A DNA stretch of 64,000 nt from Chara braunii. Taxonomy: Eukaryota; Plantae; Charophyceae. Of the stretch, positions 22,147 through 34,484 are shown in pieces (within the stretch, counting starts at the first letter, position 1; each line of letters starts with the position of its first letter). The stretch covers positions 5,011,728-5,075,727 of the forward strand of contig BFEA01000030.1 in assembly GCA_003427395.1 (NCBI GenBank), given 5' to 3'. Position numbers and translations under genes: made by a program. Under the pieces are notes generated by a model. The model had not been told where the DNA came from and made no database searches. It saw only the letters and a list, made by a program, of their open reading frames with translations.

Positions 22147-24208
22147 GCTCACGCCCAACGCGACTTCCTGATCGGAGTAGGATGTGGGCCTGGAAGTGCG
22201 AAAAGGGGTGTGCCAAGGATTTTTGGGAAAGTGGGGGAGTCTTAAGGGTGCGCAAGGGACTCAAGGTCTGATGGATCCGGGGCACTGTGGGCGACGGCTT
22301 ACGAGGAAATCCCTCCGCGGTGGAGGTGGTCCCGAAAAGTTAGGCCGTCGGGGCCCACCACGTGGCGCAGTGGAATTTCCGCGGACATAGTCGATTCTCC
22401 GTGTGACAGGGGTATTGCAGCCTTATGAGTTCGTTTATCCAAGGGGTGAAATAATCTGGGTCGTAGGATGTGTCATAGTTCCAAGATCGCGTCATGGTAT
22501 CATCGTAGATGGGACGGCTCGGGTCGGGTTATCGTCACCTCGCACGGGCACGTGTAGGGCAGGCGAACTTAGTTGCGCCTCATCGTGCTCGTACGGGATG
22601 ACGGTTCCGCCGCGAATCTTTTTGGGTGGGTGAATCGACGCACGGGAATGCGTGTAAGGGCGCGACTCGGATCGCGTTTACACGTGTTCTCCTGCGGCGT
22701 TCGCGGGGCCAGACTTCGGATCGTCTAATTGCTTCGTAAGTTTCGATTGTGCAAGATGCAACCACATCACAACCCCATCGTGAAACAAGCGAAAACGAGA
22801 ACAAAATCGCTAATCGGGGCCAGATTCTTATCCCATCTACAGCGGGATCAGGTGCAGGCAAAGATTCGACACAAACAAAAAGCAAGGACAAGGATTCTCT
22901 GCGAAGAGATAGACAAGCAGGCATAACCTTCACACATCCATACATTCGACAATCATACATATAATGCAATCGCAAGGATAGGTGTGAGCAAAAACCCAAG
23001 TCCAGATTCCAGAAAGCCGTAACAAAAATAAGAACGGGCAAACCGCCTGGAGCCGCAATCAAAATGTATGTACACAGATGAAGAGGGGGAAGAGACAAAG
23101 AAACAGCAAATCCGCGTCCATCGACCTCAACTCTCTTCTCCTCTCTTTGTCTCTCCGATGCGGACAGTCCGTCGTCGTGCACCAACCCACGAAGTTGTCA
23201 CCCCGCTTAGTCTTCCCGCACCCGTCGGATTCGCCCGTGCCCACAGTCCGTCGTGGCCCACGTCAATCCCGCGCGTTCGGCACCAGCCCGTCGGGTCGCC
23301 CAACTCCTACTCTACTCACCTCTTACTTCGCTCGTGTGCCGACCCTTCCTGATCGCGCAACCTCGAGGTTCTGACAACGGGTTAAGAGACCTGACTAATC
23401 GCGCAGCCGAAATTTATAGTGTGCATGCATGCGCGAAGAACATGGAATTACCAGGACTTAGAGTGGGGATTAGAGAGGGAGCGCCTGCGTTCTGCATGAT
23501 CGGCCGCGGCGTGGGGGACGTAACCCTTCTCCACGCATCGATCCGAGCATGCAAGCCGCGACTTACAAAAAATTCAGCAAAAGAAAGAGAGGGAGGGCGG
23601 GAGAGACGGAGTGCAAGAAGAAAGATACAGTTACAATGGCGCCCGCCCAAAATTACAGTTACACACACGATTAAGGGCGCCCACTAATCAGAGTACCCTT
23701 GCGGCCGCATGAAGAAGCGCGTAGACTAAAGGCGCCGCGCGGCAGGAAAAATCCTAATTACCGAATTCCTAAATTCCTATCTAATGCGAAAAATCGAAAA
23801 GTACAAATTCAAGAAGGAAAGTCCGAAATTCCGAGAGCCGTCGGGGCTCGACAAAATTCGAAAAGATTCAAAAGAAAATTCAAAAGGAACGAAGCAATTT
23901 CCCGCGCGATGTCCGCGCCCAAAAGATCGAAACCGAANGGAAAGAAACGANGTCAACATTTANTGATCGCGCGCGCGGTGGCGCGCCAGACATCCATCCG
24001 ACCAATCAATCAACCGGCCGTCCCAGGACACACCCAGCTCCGAACCCAGTCATCCGACAAGAAGCGACGAAAAAGACAAAAAAAACAAGGGTACTGATGC
24101 AATTTTCCACCGATCCCGATCTCCCGTAATTGGCCCAACCTTCCCAACTTAGGACCCCTCATTGCAACCGCGCAGAAAATCATGCGTTACAGAAAGTGGT
24201 TCGTCACA
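22147..24208 (-). repeat. 5' LTR
   Basis: Direct repeat of 11625-13727. Ends CGTCACA. The inner end lacks a clean TG. Confidence 0.9.
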
Positions 24209-24576
24209 GCGTATAAACAGAAAAATTATTCTAACAATAAGTGAGTCAACTAATCATACCGCATAATTGGGTAAACGCACCACGAATCCTCATCAACCGG
24301 CCCATTACCTCCCCTACTCCCGCCCCAGCCTGTATCCTACCACCATCTGAGGCAAAACCAAGACGAAGCACTCACCTGTCACCACTATCCACACCGAAAC
24401 CCACCTGATCTCGACCGGTTGACGTGGCAATCGCAATCCACGTGGCATCACGGTAGCTAAGCAGCACACACTACTGGACAAGCCCTGCATATGAGAGGGA
24501 ACAATTATAGATGATATAAATGGTATAGATGGTGTCCGACGCGCCGCATCAGGTGTGCACACCAAGGTGGTTGCCT

Positions 24577-25194
24577 CTATTGTCTGCGGTCGAAAAGCAA
24601 AACCGCGTCGTATTGTCGTTGATATAATAGCATCGGCGAGCCCGCTGCCAGAAGTTCGTTCCATGATGTACTAACTTGAACCATTGGTGTTGATGTTGTG
24701 CCAGTAGGATTGGTCACATCTTCAGTATAGGTGTAATCAGTCACATCTTCAGTGTAGACGCTATCTCCCGCCAGCTGCAGATGACCATCAATCCCGCATG
24801 CAGTCCTGAAGCCGCAGCCAAGATGACCTAGAAGTAGCTCCCCATCTACACCTTTGTCATCCATTGCCAGGCGATCCTCCAGCTGGTAGCGCAGGTCTCG
24901 CCCCTCCCGAAAAAGAGCTTGGCAGACTCCCATCCTTGCCCCCACCCCTCTCCAATCCATGTAAGCATAAAACTGTGGAGCCGGCCCCTCCTCCACCTCC
25001 CACAGAATATCCAGCATATCTTGAATACGGGCTTCCAACCAGTCAACCAACATGATCGCCCCCTGTTCATTCACCAACCCCTTCTGCAGCTGGTACGACA
25101 AAAACCTCACCACCGCCTGCAGCCACCGACCTCCCGTCTCCAGGGTAGACAGCCAATCATCAGCCCCCCGTTGCAATTCCGCCTCCGTCGCCAT
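24577..25194 (-). CDS. Orphan 205-aa protein (helical N-terminal domain plus Thr-rich tail), paralog of 47163-47960
   Basis: MATEAELQRGADDWLSTLE aligns with MASPEDLQRRADGWLSELE. WLE..Q....ILW...E.PA and DW..EG.D....L..RLA are also shared. Confidence 0.6.
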   Translation of the reverse strand: MATEAELQRGADDWLSTLETGGRWLQAVVRFLSYQLQKGLVNEQGAIMLVDWLEARIQDMLDILWEVEEGPAPQFYAYMDWRGVGARMGVCQALFREGRDLRYQLEDRLAMDDKGVDGELLLGHLGCGFRTACGIDGHLQLAGDSVYTEDVTDYTYTEDVTNPTGTTSTPMVQVSTSWNELLAAGSPMLLYQRQYDAVLLFDRRQ

Positions 25195-25507
25195 GACGTA
25201 TTAAAAACGCTGCACCGCTATTCGCACAAAATTCCAATCATTCACTCAGCCGACGCTTCCCCTGTCCACGCGTCGCGGGACACACACATCACCAACCAAT
25301 AGCTGCCATGTGGCTATCAACAAACCCCGTCTCCCTATCGGGCGTGCACACAGGCCCAGCAGCCCGGGAGCCAAACCTCCCAGACACCAGTTGCGCCGGG
25401 ACGACCGAGCCCTGTCGGTCGGCCGGCAGCAGGGCGCTGACACTAGCGCTAGCACAGCTTGAAAAAAGCTCTTGCCATCTCACCCAGTGCATGCAACACT
25501 AACTTAA

Positions 25508-25659
25508 ACCACCAGTACTTCCTAAAGTTGTGCCTGTTGACAAGCCACAATTTTAGGAAAAATACGGGCCACTACAGGAGCGCCCAAATTCATCCGACTA
25601 GAAAAATGTTTCTACTCTAATTTTCTCCGTGGCCAATAGCTTGGCCAAGTGCTGGTGGT
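25508..25659. mobile_element. MITE, TTAA / ACCACC family
   Basis: TTAA-ACCACCAGTACTT..AAGTGCTGGTGGT-TTAA. Confidence 0.8.
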
Positions 25660-25976
25660 TTAAACCACCAGTTTGCAATGGTGACATCGAATTCTTCTCA
25701 GCTTGTTGATGGTGTAAGGGTTCGGCACTCCCGATGGGGAGCAGAACTGGACTCTTTAGCAGGGGATGGGTGCAGCCGGGCAGGGGGACGAAGGGGCTTA
25801 CTGGTGCCCCTCGATGGACCCGGCTGGCCCGCGGTCCTGACCTGAGGAGGTAGGGGATGCTGTACCCGGTTTCCGGATGTAGGGAGGTGCAATCCTTTTT
25901 GGTTGCTGAGAAAAGGAAAGATAAAAGAGTTTGAATCCCACAGACTCATGAGGGTAGGCCTTGTCGGTTTGGGCAG

Positions 25977-26094
25977 GGGACGCTGGACCCGGTTTCCAGC
26001 AGGTTTCTTGCCTGGGGTGTCATGGGACGCTGGACCCGGTTTCCAGCAGGTTTCTTGCCTGGGGTGTCATGGGACGCTGGACCCGGTTTCCAGC
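25977..26094 (+). repeat. 2.5 perfect tandem copies of a 47-bp unit that begins with the dispersed-repeat hairpin
   Basis: GGGACGCTGGACCCGGTTTCCAGCAGGTTTCTTGCCTGGGGTGTCAT starts at 25977, 26024 and 26071. Confidence 0.95.
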
Positions 26095-26176
26095 TTGTTT
26101 TTTCCTATTGCAGTTCTCAGCCTAAGCCGGGTAATGCCCCCCCCGTTTCTTTTCTGTATTTAGAAATTTTTCGAAA

Positions 26177-26252
26177 GGGCCGCTGGGCCCAGTTCCCAGC
26201 ATGTGCTGCTCCCCACGAATAGATCGGAGCTTTGTTTTCCCACAAAAAAAAA
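26177..26252 (+). repeat. Dispersed ~55-bp hairpin repeat, copy 3, with short A tail
   Basis: GGGCCGCTGGGCCCAGTTCCCAGCATGTGCTGCTCCCCACGAATAGATCGGAG followed by an A run. Confidence 0.8.
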
Positions 26253-26800
26253 GACATCGAATCTTCTATCCCATTGAGTGCGAATCGAGCTGGCCACAGG
26301 AGACCTGTACGCTGAAAGTGCTGCCTCCTTGTTTTCAGCTGGCCACAACTGGGGCCCAAACTGGTGGTTCAAAACTCAATCGTCGACTGATATAAAGTTT
26401 CATGCAAATTTACCACACACTTCTCACAAGGGTGAACTAGGCCAGAATCTTGCCAAATTATTGGCCAAATTATTGTCCACTTTCACCCAGAATCACACTC
26501 AGCATAGTAGTTGCTACATCCTTTTTTTTTTTGTTTCACATGAATGTAGCACCATTCTGGTGTCCCCCTAAATGATAATGTTACACATCCAGATGATGCA
26601 ATCTTAGGTCAGAGTGAGAAGTGGTCCATGTTGTCCTTTGTGACTTCTGGCTAAACTCTAACAATACAAATAGAAGAAATAATGAGAGTGGAAGGTTGGG
26701 AGGGAGTCTCATGAGGATGAGGGACCATGTAGATAACCAATGGTCGACTACCGAAGGTGGCTGTCATATGTCTAGCAGACTCTACAACAACCTGGACTTG

Positions 26801-27034
26801 GAAAAAAAGAAGAAGAAGAAGAAGACAAAGAAGAAGAAGAAGAAGAAGAAGAAGAAGACGAAGAAGAAGAAGAAGATTAGCATAGGCCTGTGGAAGGATG
26901 ACAAACAAAGATGAAGAAGTGGTCCATATTCAACGAAGGAGAGAAAAAAGAAAGAAAAAAGAGAGAAAGAAAGATAAAAGAAAGAAAGAAAGGAAGAAAG
27001 GAAGAAAGAAAGAAAGAAAGAAAGAAGAAAAAGA
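26801..27034. repeat. (AAG)n and (AAAG)n microsatellite tracts
   Basis: Directly visible. Confidence 0.9.
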
Positions 27035-27529
27035 ACAGGTCCATTTTGTCAGGAATACTTTCAGAAAAGATCAAAAGAAAAGCTTTGGAACTGGCTGAGG
27101 GGGGGAACAAGGGGGTTGGTTAGCAGAGGTTGAGTGAGTAGAGGGAGGGTGAGAGCACACTCGGAATGGATAACCTGCTCTCTTATCATGATCGGATGAA
27201 GATAGATGCTAGGATCCCATTGCGTCCTCCCGCAGACTGCCCAGAGCCCTCCCCCCCACATAATCTCTCCCTTGTCGGTCTGCAATGGTATGGTCAGTGA
27301 GGGGGGTAGCTCAGGTGTAATTCAAAGTGGCTTGAGGGAGTACTGCACTATTTGGCGGCCAGGATAAGGATGGAAAAAAAAAAAGAAAAAAAAAAGGGAT
27401 AAGGATGAAGAAGCCACCAATCCCCTGGATATCCCCAGTGCAACAAATGCAGCTATGCTTGCTGATGATAAGCAACCGGACTGACGCCCCCCAGAATAGA
27501 TGGGGCATGTGTTGTGTCACTTGTGTGTG

Positions 27530-27564
<35 letters not shown>

Positions 27565-27567
<3 letters not shown>

Positions 27568-27609
27568 GTTCGGGACATCCGTTAAAATTGGAACGATACA
27601 GAGAAGATT
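27565..27609 (+). ncRNA. U6: U6 snRNA 5' portion, probably a retroposed pseudogene (the remainder falls in an N gap)
   Basis: GTCGTTCGGGACATCCGTTAAAATTGGAACGATACAGAGAAGATT matches plant-type U6, including the ACAGAGA box. A tracts lie on both sides, and no upstream promoter is visible. Confidence 0.9.
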
Positions 27610-27718
27610 NNNNNNNNNNNNNNNNNNNNNNNNNNNNNNNNNNNNNNNNNNNNNNNNNNNNNNAAAAAAAAAAAAAAAAAAAAAAAACCAGCAGGGTACT
27701 TCTCGGTTGTTAGGTTTA

Positions 27719-28984
27719 GGGCCTCGTTATACCCTCCTTGGAAAATCATCAGGAATTAGGATGAAGCCCTTCGAAAATTTTCGGTTTTCGGCGTACACCG
27801 CGTCCTAATTCAATGGGTCCCAAGGATAACCCTTGGAGGTCTCCCGCGGCCAATTTCATACCCATATACGCCGCCATGGGGGTGGATGTCCATCGTTGCG
27901 GTGGGATGTCCATCGATGCGGTGGGATGTCCATGCGTCCCCACCGTGGTCTGGTGGCGGCGGCAGGGAGACCTTCATGGCTGCAGAAAAAAAAGGCGCAA
28001 ACATCCCTGTTCGAATTTCGAATTTCGAACCCTTCGCTGAGACCCATCGATGCCGGGGGTGTCCAGACGGGTGTAGCGCACACCGGAGCAAAACATCTGC
28101 GCGGAGGAGTGCTGGTGGCCATCGCTTAATACGCAGGCATTGGAACGCGGGCTGAGGCAGCGCGGACGGTGACGGTCTCGGAGTGCGACAACGGTCAGGG
28201 GTTCCACATTCCTGTTGGGGGGGTCTGCGACAATCGTCCGGGCCGCCATAGCTGAGCTCACACGTCAGGCCTATGTGAGACGTGGGTAGTGCTGCCGCCG
28301 TCCCCGTCCATGTGGAGACATCGGAGCGAGGGTGCCGCCGACCGAAACAGTGGTGGGCAGTTGCGCATTGCACGTCGTCAAGATGGAGGGAGAGCTGCAG
28401 TGCGGTGCGAATGCATTGACGACTGTGGAGAGAAATGTGGTGGTTGCAGATGTGTCGGCAGTCGCCATGTGATATCGAGTACAGAGAACGACAGCTCGCT
28501 TGAAGATGAGGCTGTCCATTCGCAGGCAGCGTCAGCTCATGCAACAAGTGATGGAGGCGCCCGACTGTGTGTCGTTATCAGAATCCATTGTGCAATCTTG
28601 CTGTGCCATGGCGTCCGGTGTGATCCCGCGGGCGACTCTGAGGTGGTGGATGAGGAGAAGGACAGGAGGGACATGGGAGGATCTCCGGAAGATGGACGAC
28701 GCTGCGTACGGGTGCTGTAAGGAGAAGTTGAGGATGTCCCCTAGGGTGTTCTGGGAGATCCGGGAGGCGTTGTCCCCTCATCTGCAGCGGAGGGTGACAT
28801 TCTACAGGGTGCCTTTGATGCCGGATCACATCATCGTGTACGCGCTTTATCGTTGGGCAAGCGGGGAGACGTACGAGAACAACACATCGTCATTCAGCAT
28901 AGGACGCGCATCAGGCTTGATTGCGGTGGAGGACGTGACTCGGGCGCTTCTGAGGATTTACTGGGAGAAGATCGTTTAACTGCC
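27719..28984 (+). mobile_element. PIF/Harbinger transposon, left arm (truncated)
   Basis: TTA + GGGCCTCGTTATAC terminus, subterminal GGATGTCCATCG repeats, then a transposase fragment. Confidence 0.65.
28500..28979 (+). pseudogene. Harbinger/PIF transposase N-terminal (HTH) fragment
   Basis: LRMSPRVF..I...L.PHL and ALYRWASGETY...SSFSIGRAS...V. The fragment ends before the DDE core, at a MITE. Confidence 0.85.
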
Positions 28985-29305
28985 AAATGGACATCTTTTA
29001 TTTTTTGAACGAAATTGAAACCGAATTTTTTTGGCCGAAAACTCGTCGAAATTTGCTGTTCCTGAGGGTCCAGCGTTTTAGACCCCCTGGCTGTACATGG
29101 ACCTCGCTTGAGACCAGGTACCTCCAGGCAGTCCTGCCTGGAGGTGTCTGGTCTCAAGCTAGGTCCATGTACAGCCAGGGGGTCCAGCATTTGTAAAACG
29201 CTGTACCCTCAGGAACAGCAAATTTTGATGAGTTTTTGGCCAAAAAACTCGGTTTTAATTTTGTTCAAAAAAATAAAAAATGTCCATTTTGACGAAATGG
29301 TCGTG
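28985..29305. mobile_element. Foldback MITE of the Sola-like AAC-terminus family (left tip missing)
   Basis: Almost fully palindromic about ~29131. Its ends match the TIRs at 9833, 41799 and 58438. Confidence 0.85.
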
Positions 29306-29344
29306 TTTGGCCTTCCGGGTTGCGGCGGGTGGTCGTTTTGCACG

Positions 29345-29512
29345 CCTCAGCACTCCACCTGGCAGCACACCGCATGCTGGCAGTGCTCCACCTGGCATCG
29401 CTCCGCCCGCTGACAGCGCTCCACCTGGCTGGCAGGGCTCCACCTGGCATCGCACTGCCTGCTGGCAGCGCTCAACCGCGCGACTTGCGTCTGCCCGTTG
29501 GCAGCGCTCCAT
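29345..29512. repeat. Imperfect minisatellite (CAGCGCTCCACCTGG-like units)
   Basis: Repeated (g)ctccacctggc units. Confidence 0.75.
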
Positions 29513-29824
29513 CGTAGCCACTCCGTCTGTCTGGCGGAAGTCTCTATTGGAAATGTCTGATAAACGGTGGGTCATCCCACTGTTGGTGTTCCTCCAAGGC
29601 TGCCTCCTTTGACCAAGTATTGTTCGATCTCAACCTGGTCGTTGCCATGTTCAGCAGCTGATTTCGCGTCATCCATTGTAGGTGAGTGCCCCCTTGGGGA
29701 CCGCGTTGCCTGGGGAAAGAGGAGGAGGATAGGGGTAACACCTTGCAGGAATGGCAGGTCTCGTGGGACCATCGTGCCTATTGCATTGGAGTCACCGTGT
29801 TGCAGTATGTGTGATCTGAGTTCC

Positions 29825-29912
29825 TTTTTTTTTTTTTTTTTTTTTTTTTGGAAGACATGCTCCAATCTATTCGTGGGGAGCAGCACGTGCTGGGAATCGA
29901 GCCCAGCGTCCC
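29825..29912 (-). repeat. Dispersed ~55-bp hairpin repeat, copy 4, with poly(A) tail
   Basis: Reverse complement reads GGGACGCTGGGCTCGATTCCCAGCACGTGCTGCTCCCCACGAATAGATTGGAGCATGTCTTCC-(A)n. Confidence 0.8.
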
Positions 29913-32900
29913 ATATGAAGACATGTAGAAAAAAATTATGAACAAATTGAAGTACCGGGGCCATTACCCGGTTTCGGCTTGAGAGTATCTTCCAAGATCA
30001 TAAACAAACTGCTGAAAATCGGGATAGATGATGAGAAAACAACGAGTATAGATGATGAGAAAAACTACGAATCCTTTTTTTCGATCGCTAAACACCTCCT
30101 GAAATCCACCCGCAATTCTCCGAACACTCAAGTATCTAAGGGAATTCCAGCAGATCATAACAAAGCGCACCAAAACTGACTTATTCTCTGACAAACTCAT
30201 CCAGCCCTCACGCCCCCTATCCGCTAGGTTACAGAACAACGCGACTCACTACAGCTCCGACCAGTCTCGTCCTGTGTCAGCAACCCCCAGCTGTCCCTTA
30301 GGATGCCCCCGCATAGCATCCCAAGATCTCTCTACAAGGCCTCATGCCCTCACCTTCGGCGAGTTACAGGGCATCACCCCAGCTCTGGCTAGCGTCGTTC
30401 TGGCATCGAACAGCCACGGATCCTGAATATAACAGTCTAATTCCAGTGCAGCTTCGTATAAACCACCAACAGTCCCTCAGTCTGAGAGTCCTGAGAGATT
30501 CTTCAAACTACCAGGAAATAACAAGGGTGCTTGTTTTGAATATTCCAGGAAGAATCAGAAAAGGTCCCAACCAAATTCTGAGTTCGTTTCTAGTTATCAT
30601 CTGTGTCAATTGGCCTCTCCATCCCAGTATGGTAAAGCCCGGCTGGGCTTCGCTATTATGGGTTTTATTGGCCGGTTCCGGGACCCTCTGCGGGTGGGGG
30701 TGGATGCCCAACTGCCATTCTACCGCCTTGTCCTCTCTTCTGATTGGGAGTGTGACCACCCCCGCCGACCAGAGTATGGGGGGGTGCAGGTCGTGATGCT
30801 GTGTTCGGTCATGTGATCTTTGAGGAGAAACGATTTTTTGGGATCCTCACCCGCCACCCAGGTGTCACTGGCCTTTACCTGTTGTTCCTGCAGTTCCTGT
30901 TCTTCCATTCCTTGTAGAGCTCGCGACCGGTCTGGGGGTGGTGTGGTATCTATGAAGGCTTGGGAGTGTCCAGATCTTTGAGTGGGGCGAAGATAATCAA
31001 CCAGAGTGAATAGGGCTATATCCAGATCAGGTATGTCCCATTCAAACTCTGACCCTGAGGTATTGTCCAGGTCAAAGCTTTGGCCATCCTCGTCTGTCCT
31101 AGAGTTCGATTCCCATCGTTCTTGTTGTTGTTGTGCTATCGTCAGTTGGGTCCCAGCATTTCCTGTGCGAAGTGAGCCCATGGGGGTGCTGGTTGCTATG
31201 TCTGGGGCTGGTTTGATGTGGATCGGTGGCCTGAGAAGGTGTGATGGGACCAGCTTGTTGTAACCTGTTGTCAGGAGGGCTGTATTCTGCAGTCTTCTGC
31301 AATAACACTCTCAATCTCCTGGATGATTACTGCAGGCCAGACGATGCCCTCCCACTTGAGGTCTGATATGTTTGTGGTTTTCTGGGCTCTCACCAGTGTC
31401 GTGAAGTCGCTCGTGACATTCTCTGTCTGGTCTGTGTGCTGGCACTCTTTTCCCACCTTGTCTCTCAGTGCCAACACTGCATTCCTAATCGTGTTTGCAA
31501 CTGCTTGCCAATCAATTGTGGAGGGATCCTCAAAGGTGTCTATAAGCTGTGTTAGTGTTGTCGTACTCATAAAAGCTCGCCTGATGTTTTCCCAGTGCAG
31601 TGGGGGGAATCGTCATCTGTCCTCCTTGGGCGAGCATGCCCATCAAGATTGTGTCAGTTATAACATTAACTCTTGCTTTAACTTTCTTTTCTTTGGAGAG
31701 TCGTTTCGGCCCAGGCGACTTTCTGTTGCAGGGTTCTTGCCCCAGACTCTGATCTCTCCAGTCCCCCAGGGTGGGTGGGTCCTCCCCCATGTGAACATCC
31801 GTTCCTAGGGGGGGTGGCGGCGCTTGAGGTGCTTCCACTGGGTACGATCTGCTGCTTCCCAGCCCTCCGGGGGGGATGCCGAGATGTTATGTTGAGATGA
31901 TATAGTGTGGGGCCCGGTGGTGGAGGGGCGCATCCAGCTGGTCTCCATAATGAGATGTGCGCTGAGGTGTTGGGGAGTGTGTGTACTGGGCGGCCGTCCC
32001 TGGAATACCATCCCTTAACATGTGCACAAAGGCCGGGTCTATTTTCAACTCACATTGGTGGCCCAGGATCAGTTCCTGACCCATCTCCCTGGGCCCGGTT
32101 TTTAAGGTGGGGGGGGGGGGGGTCACGATCCCATCCGGGACTAGTGCTGTGTCTGCACAGCCGTCTGCCGGACCTGCCACTGGTTATGTCATATGTGGCG
32201 CTCTCCACCTCTTCCATCAAGTCCACTCGCGGGTTATCTTGAGGTCTACTTTATGTGATGTTGGGCCCTGGCCTTCCGTAGTGGTCTGTGTTTGGGCGTA
32301 GGTGTCAGCCTGTCAGGGGGGAGCGTGTTTTGGGGCCCTGGATTCTCCCCTACCAGACCTCGGGTCAGGTTCGGTTGTTCCGCCTGTTTCGTTTGCTGCA
32401 TTTGATTATTCCCCTCCCCCTGGCCTTGGTGAGCACAGATTGCATCTATCCTGTTTTTTTATTGCTACACCTTCTCTGTTGTGGTTTCATCCTCTTTCAG
32501 CCAGTCTTCCTTCCTGTTCCCTTTGCCTGAGTTGTTTTCAGGTTGGTGGCGTTGCTGTTGGTGCACCCAGGTGTCCGTGGTGGCTGCTGGCTGAATTCTT
32601 CTATGTTGGAGGGAGGCGTGCTGTCTGTAGTTGTATGTGCTGGTGGCAGTGATCAGTCACCTGCTTGGTGCTTTGCTGTTGTTGGAGTGCAGTTTTGTTC
32701 AGACTATTCATCCCTGTCTGGTTTGTCTTGTTTCGGTGGTCAGACTGTGTGGGACTTGCGTGTTTGGCTGGGGGGGGGCCTGTCGTCCACCTCTTTGTGC
32801 TTTCATGTCACCCTTCCCGGGTTTCACTCTGTTCGGGGTTCCGGGGAGCCCTGGTTTCCTATTGCATCGGCCCTTTGGGCCGGGGTTGCTGATGCCTCTA

Positions 32901-34282
32901 TGCTTGCCGTGGTTCCTTTTGCTGCCGGGACCGTCGGGGTCCCTGTCGGGCGCCTGATCGTTGCCCCAGCAGTTGTTGTCTGTTCGGCTGGGGGGGGGGC
33001 TGCAGTCCTCCCAGCGCATTCATGTCTCCCATCTCAAGGTTAGCCATACCCTCAGTATCAATCTATATTTACCAGAGTCAATATGTACACATGTGAGTGA
33101 GTGTGCCTGCTCAGGGTTATGGCGTGATCATTGTCCTCGTGTGGGAGTAGTCATGGCTATTTGGTGTCAATCTCTACTCGTTTGAGTGGGTAAGTGTGCG
33201 CGCTCCGGGGTGCTGTGTGATGACCGTCCTCGCATGGGAGTGGTCACGTGGGAGTGTTCATGGGTGTTTGTGGGGGTATATGTTTGACAAAGAGGGCAAG
33301 GAGGGCGAGGGAGGGGGTGGGGGGGGTGGAGGCGGGGAAGGAGAGTCAGGGTAGGGCTTAGGCCTTCACTTGGGCCGGTGATTTATCAAGGGCCGGGAGG
33401 GATAGGAATGATGGGGTTGCCGACCAAGGAGGATCTCACCATCCACTCGTCGTGGCATATCCACTGCAGCACTTGATCCGGTGCCGTGCCTCTATCGCGA
33501 TCCACCCGCTTACCGTCTCTCATTCCTCCTCTTGTTCCTCGTGTCACTGCTCACTTCCTTCGTCGCATCCTCCTCACCCGTCCCACCGGTCGTCCCCACT
33601 TCCTCTCCAGCTTCAGCTTCAGCTCCTGCATTATGAGTGTCACCTCGACCTTTCTGTAGATCTGCTCTCTGTCCATCCCCCAGCTAACCTCTATCTGCCC
33701 TTTTCTTTGTTCGTAGTCAGGTCTATACGGCGTTTCTCCCAGTTTCATTACCCCCTCGGAGTCGATTCTCTAAATTCCCGTCCTTTGATCGTGTCTCCAT
33801 CTGTTCTTCGGTCGTGGAGCATGCCGCCTTTGTGCTCAAGGGATCCTGAGGAGATAACCGTCTTTGCCCCCTTCCTACCAGGTCAGGCTATCACTGTACG
33901 GTACCTCGCCTTCCTCGGCGATGCTGAGGGAGTCAACCAGAGTGCGACGAGGCCTTGCCCGCCGGTCCGGTCAGTGCGCTTGGGCAAACGTTCTGCTCTG
34001 TCGTGGGTCCGCCTATGGGGCCTATAGAAGAATGTCCATACCTGGCCCTCGAAGTGATATACGACTGTCCTTACAGCGAGGACATGAAACATAGCGTATA
34101 CTGACGTTCACAATCAGTCTTCCAAAAAGATGCTCATACCACTCTAAACTCGCACTAGGCTCTCAAAATTACAGAATAGGAAAATAAGCGGCCAGATCGA
34201 GTTCTTCAATTAGGAGGACTGGATCTGGCCTCTGATTTTGAGATTGTGCGGCTTTGAGTGCCTAGTGTGAGTCTGCCCTTAA

Positions 34283-34484
34283 ACCACCGGTACTTGGCCC
34301 AGCTATCGATGTCGAGCCTTGGGGCACCCTGCGGGCCAAGTTTCGATGAACCGCCAACGTGACATTTTGATTTCGTTTCGGTGGCCAGCCTCCAACCATT
34401 GTGGTCTGGTACCCCGAAGCCCTAAAAGTGCGCCGCGTTAACGGGGAAGCGCCACGGTCGATGTATGGGCCACGTACTGGCGGT
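34283..34484. mobile_element. MITE, TTAA / ACCACC family
   Basis: TTAA-ACCACCGGTAC..GTACTGGCGGT-TTAA. Confidence 0.8.

Larger units (their letters stand above)
11625..24208 (-). mobile_element. Ty3/Gypsy LTR retrotransposon, near full length and defective
   Basis: Paired ~2.1 kb direct repeats, a PBS, and the domain order gag-PR-RT-RH-INT. There are internal stops and frameshifts. No TSD was found. Confidence 0.95.
25664..26368. mobile_element. Second TTAA / ACCACC element, abutting the first and sharing its TTAA
   Basis: TTAA-ACCACCAGTTT..AAACTGGTGGT-TCAA. Confidence 0.7.

Noticed and set aside
25977-26094. CRISPR-like array
   Set aside because: The units are identical end to end with no unique spacers, the context is eukaryotic, and there are no cas genes.
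26177-26230. HDV-like ribozyme reading of the 55-bp repeat (ACGAAU resembles J4/2)
   Set aside because: No conserved P1/P2/P3 partners exist upstream in any copy.
29950-34100. Possible genes among many overlapping ORFs
   Set aside because: The ORFs are fragmented, low-complexity and carry no recognisable motif. This is probably decayed retroelement ORF1-like DNA, but it cannot be supported.
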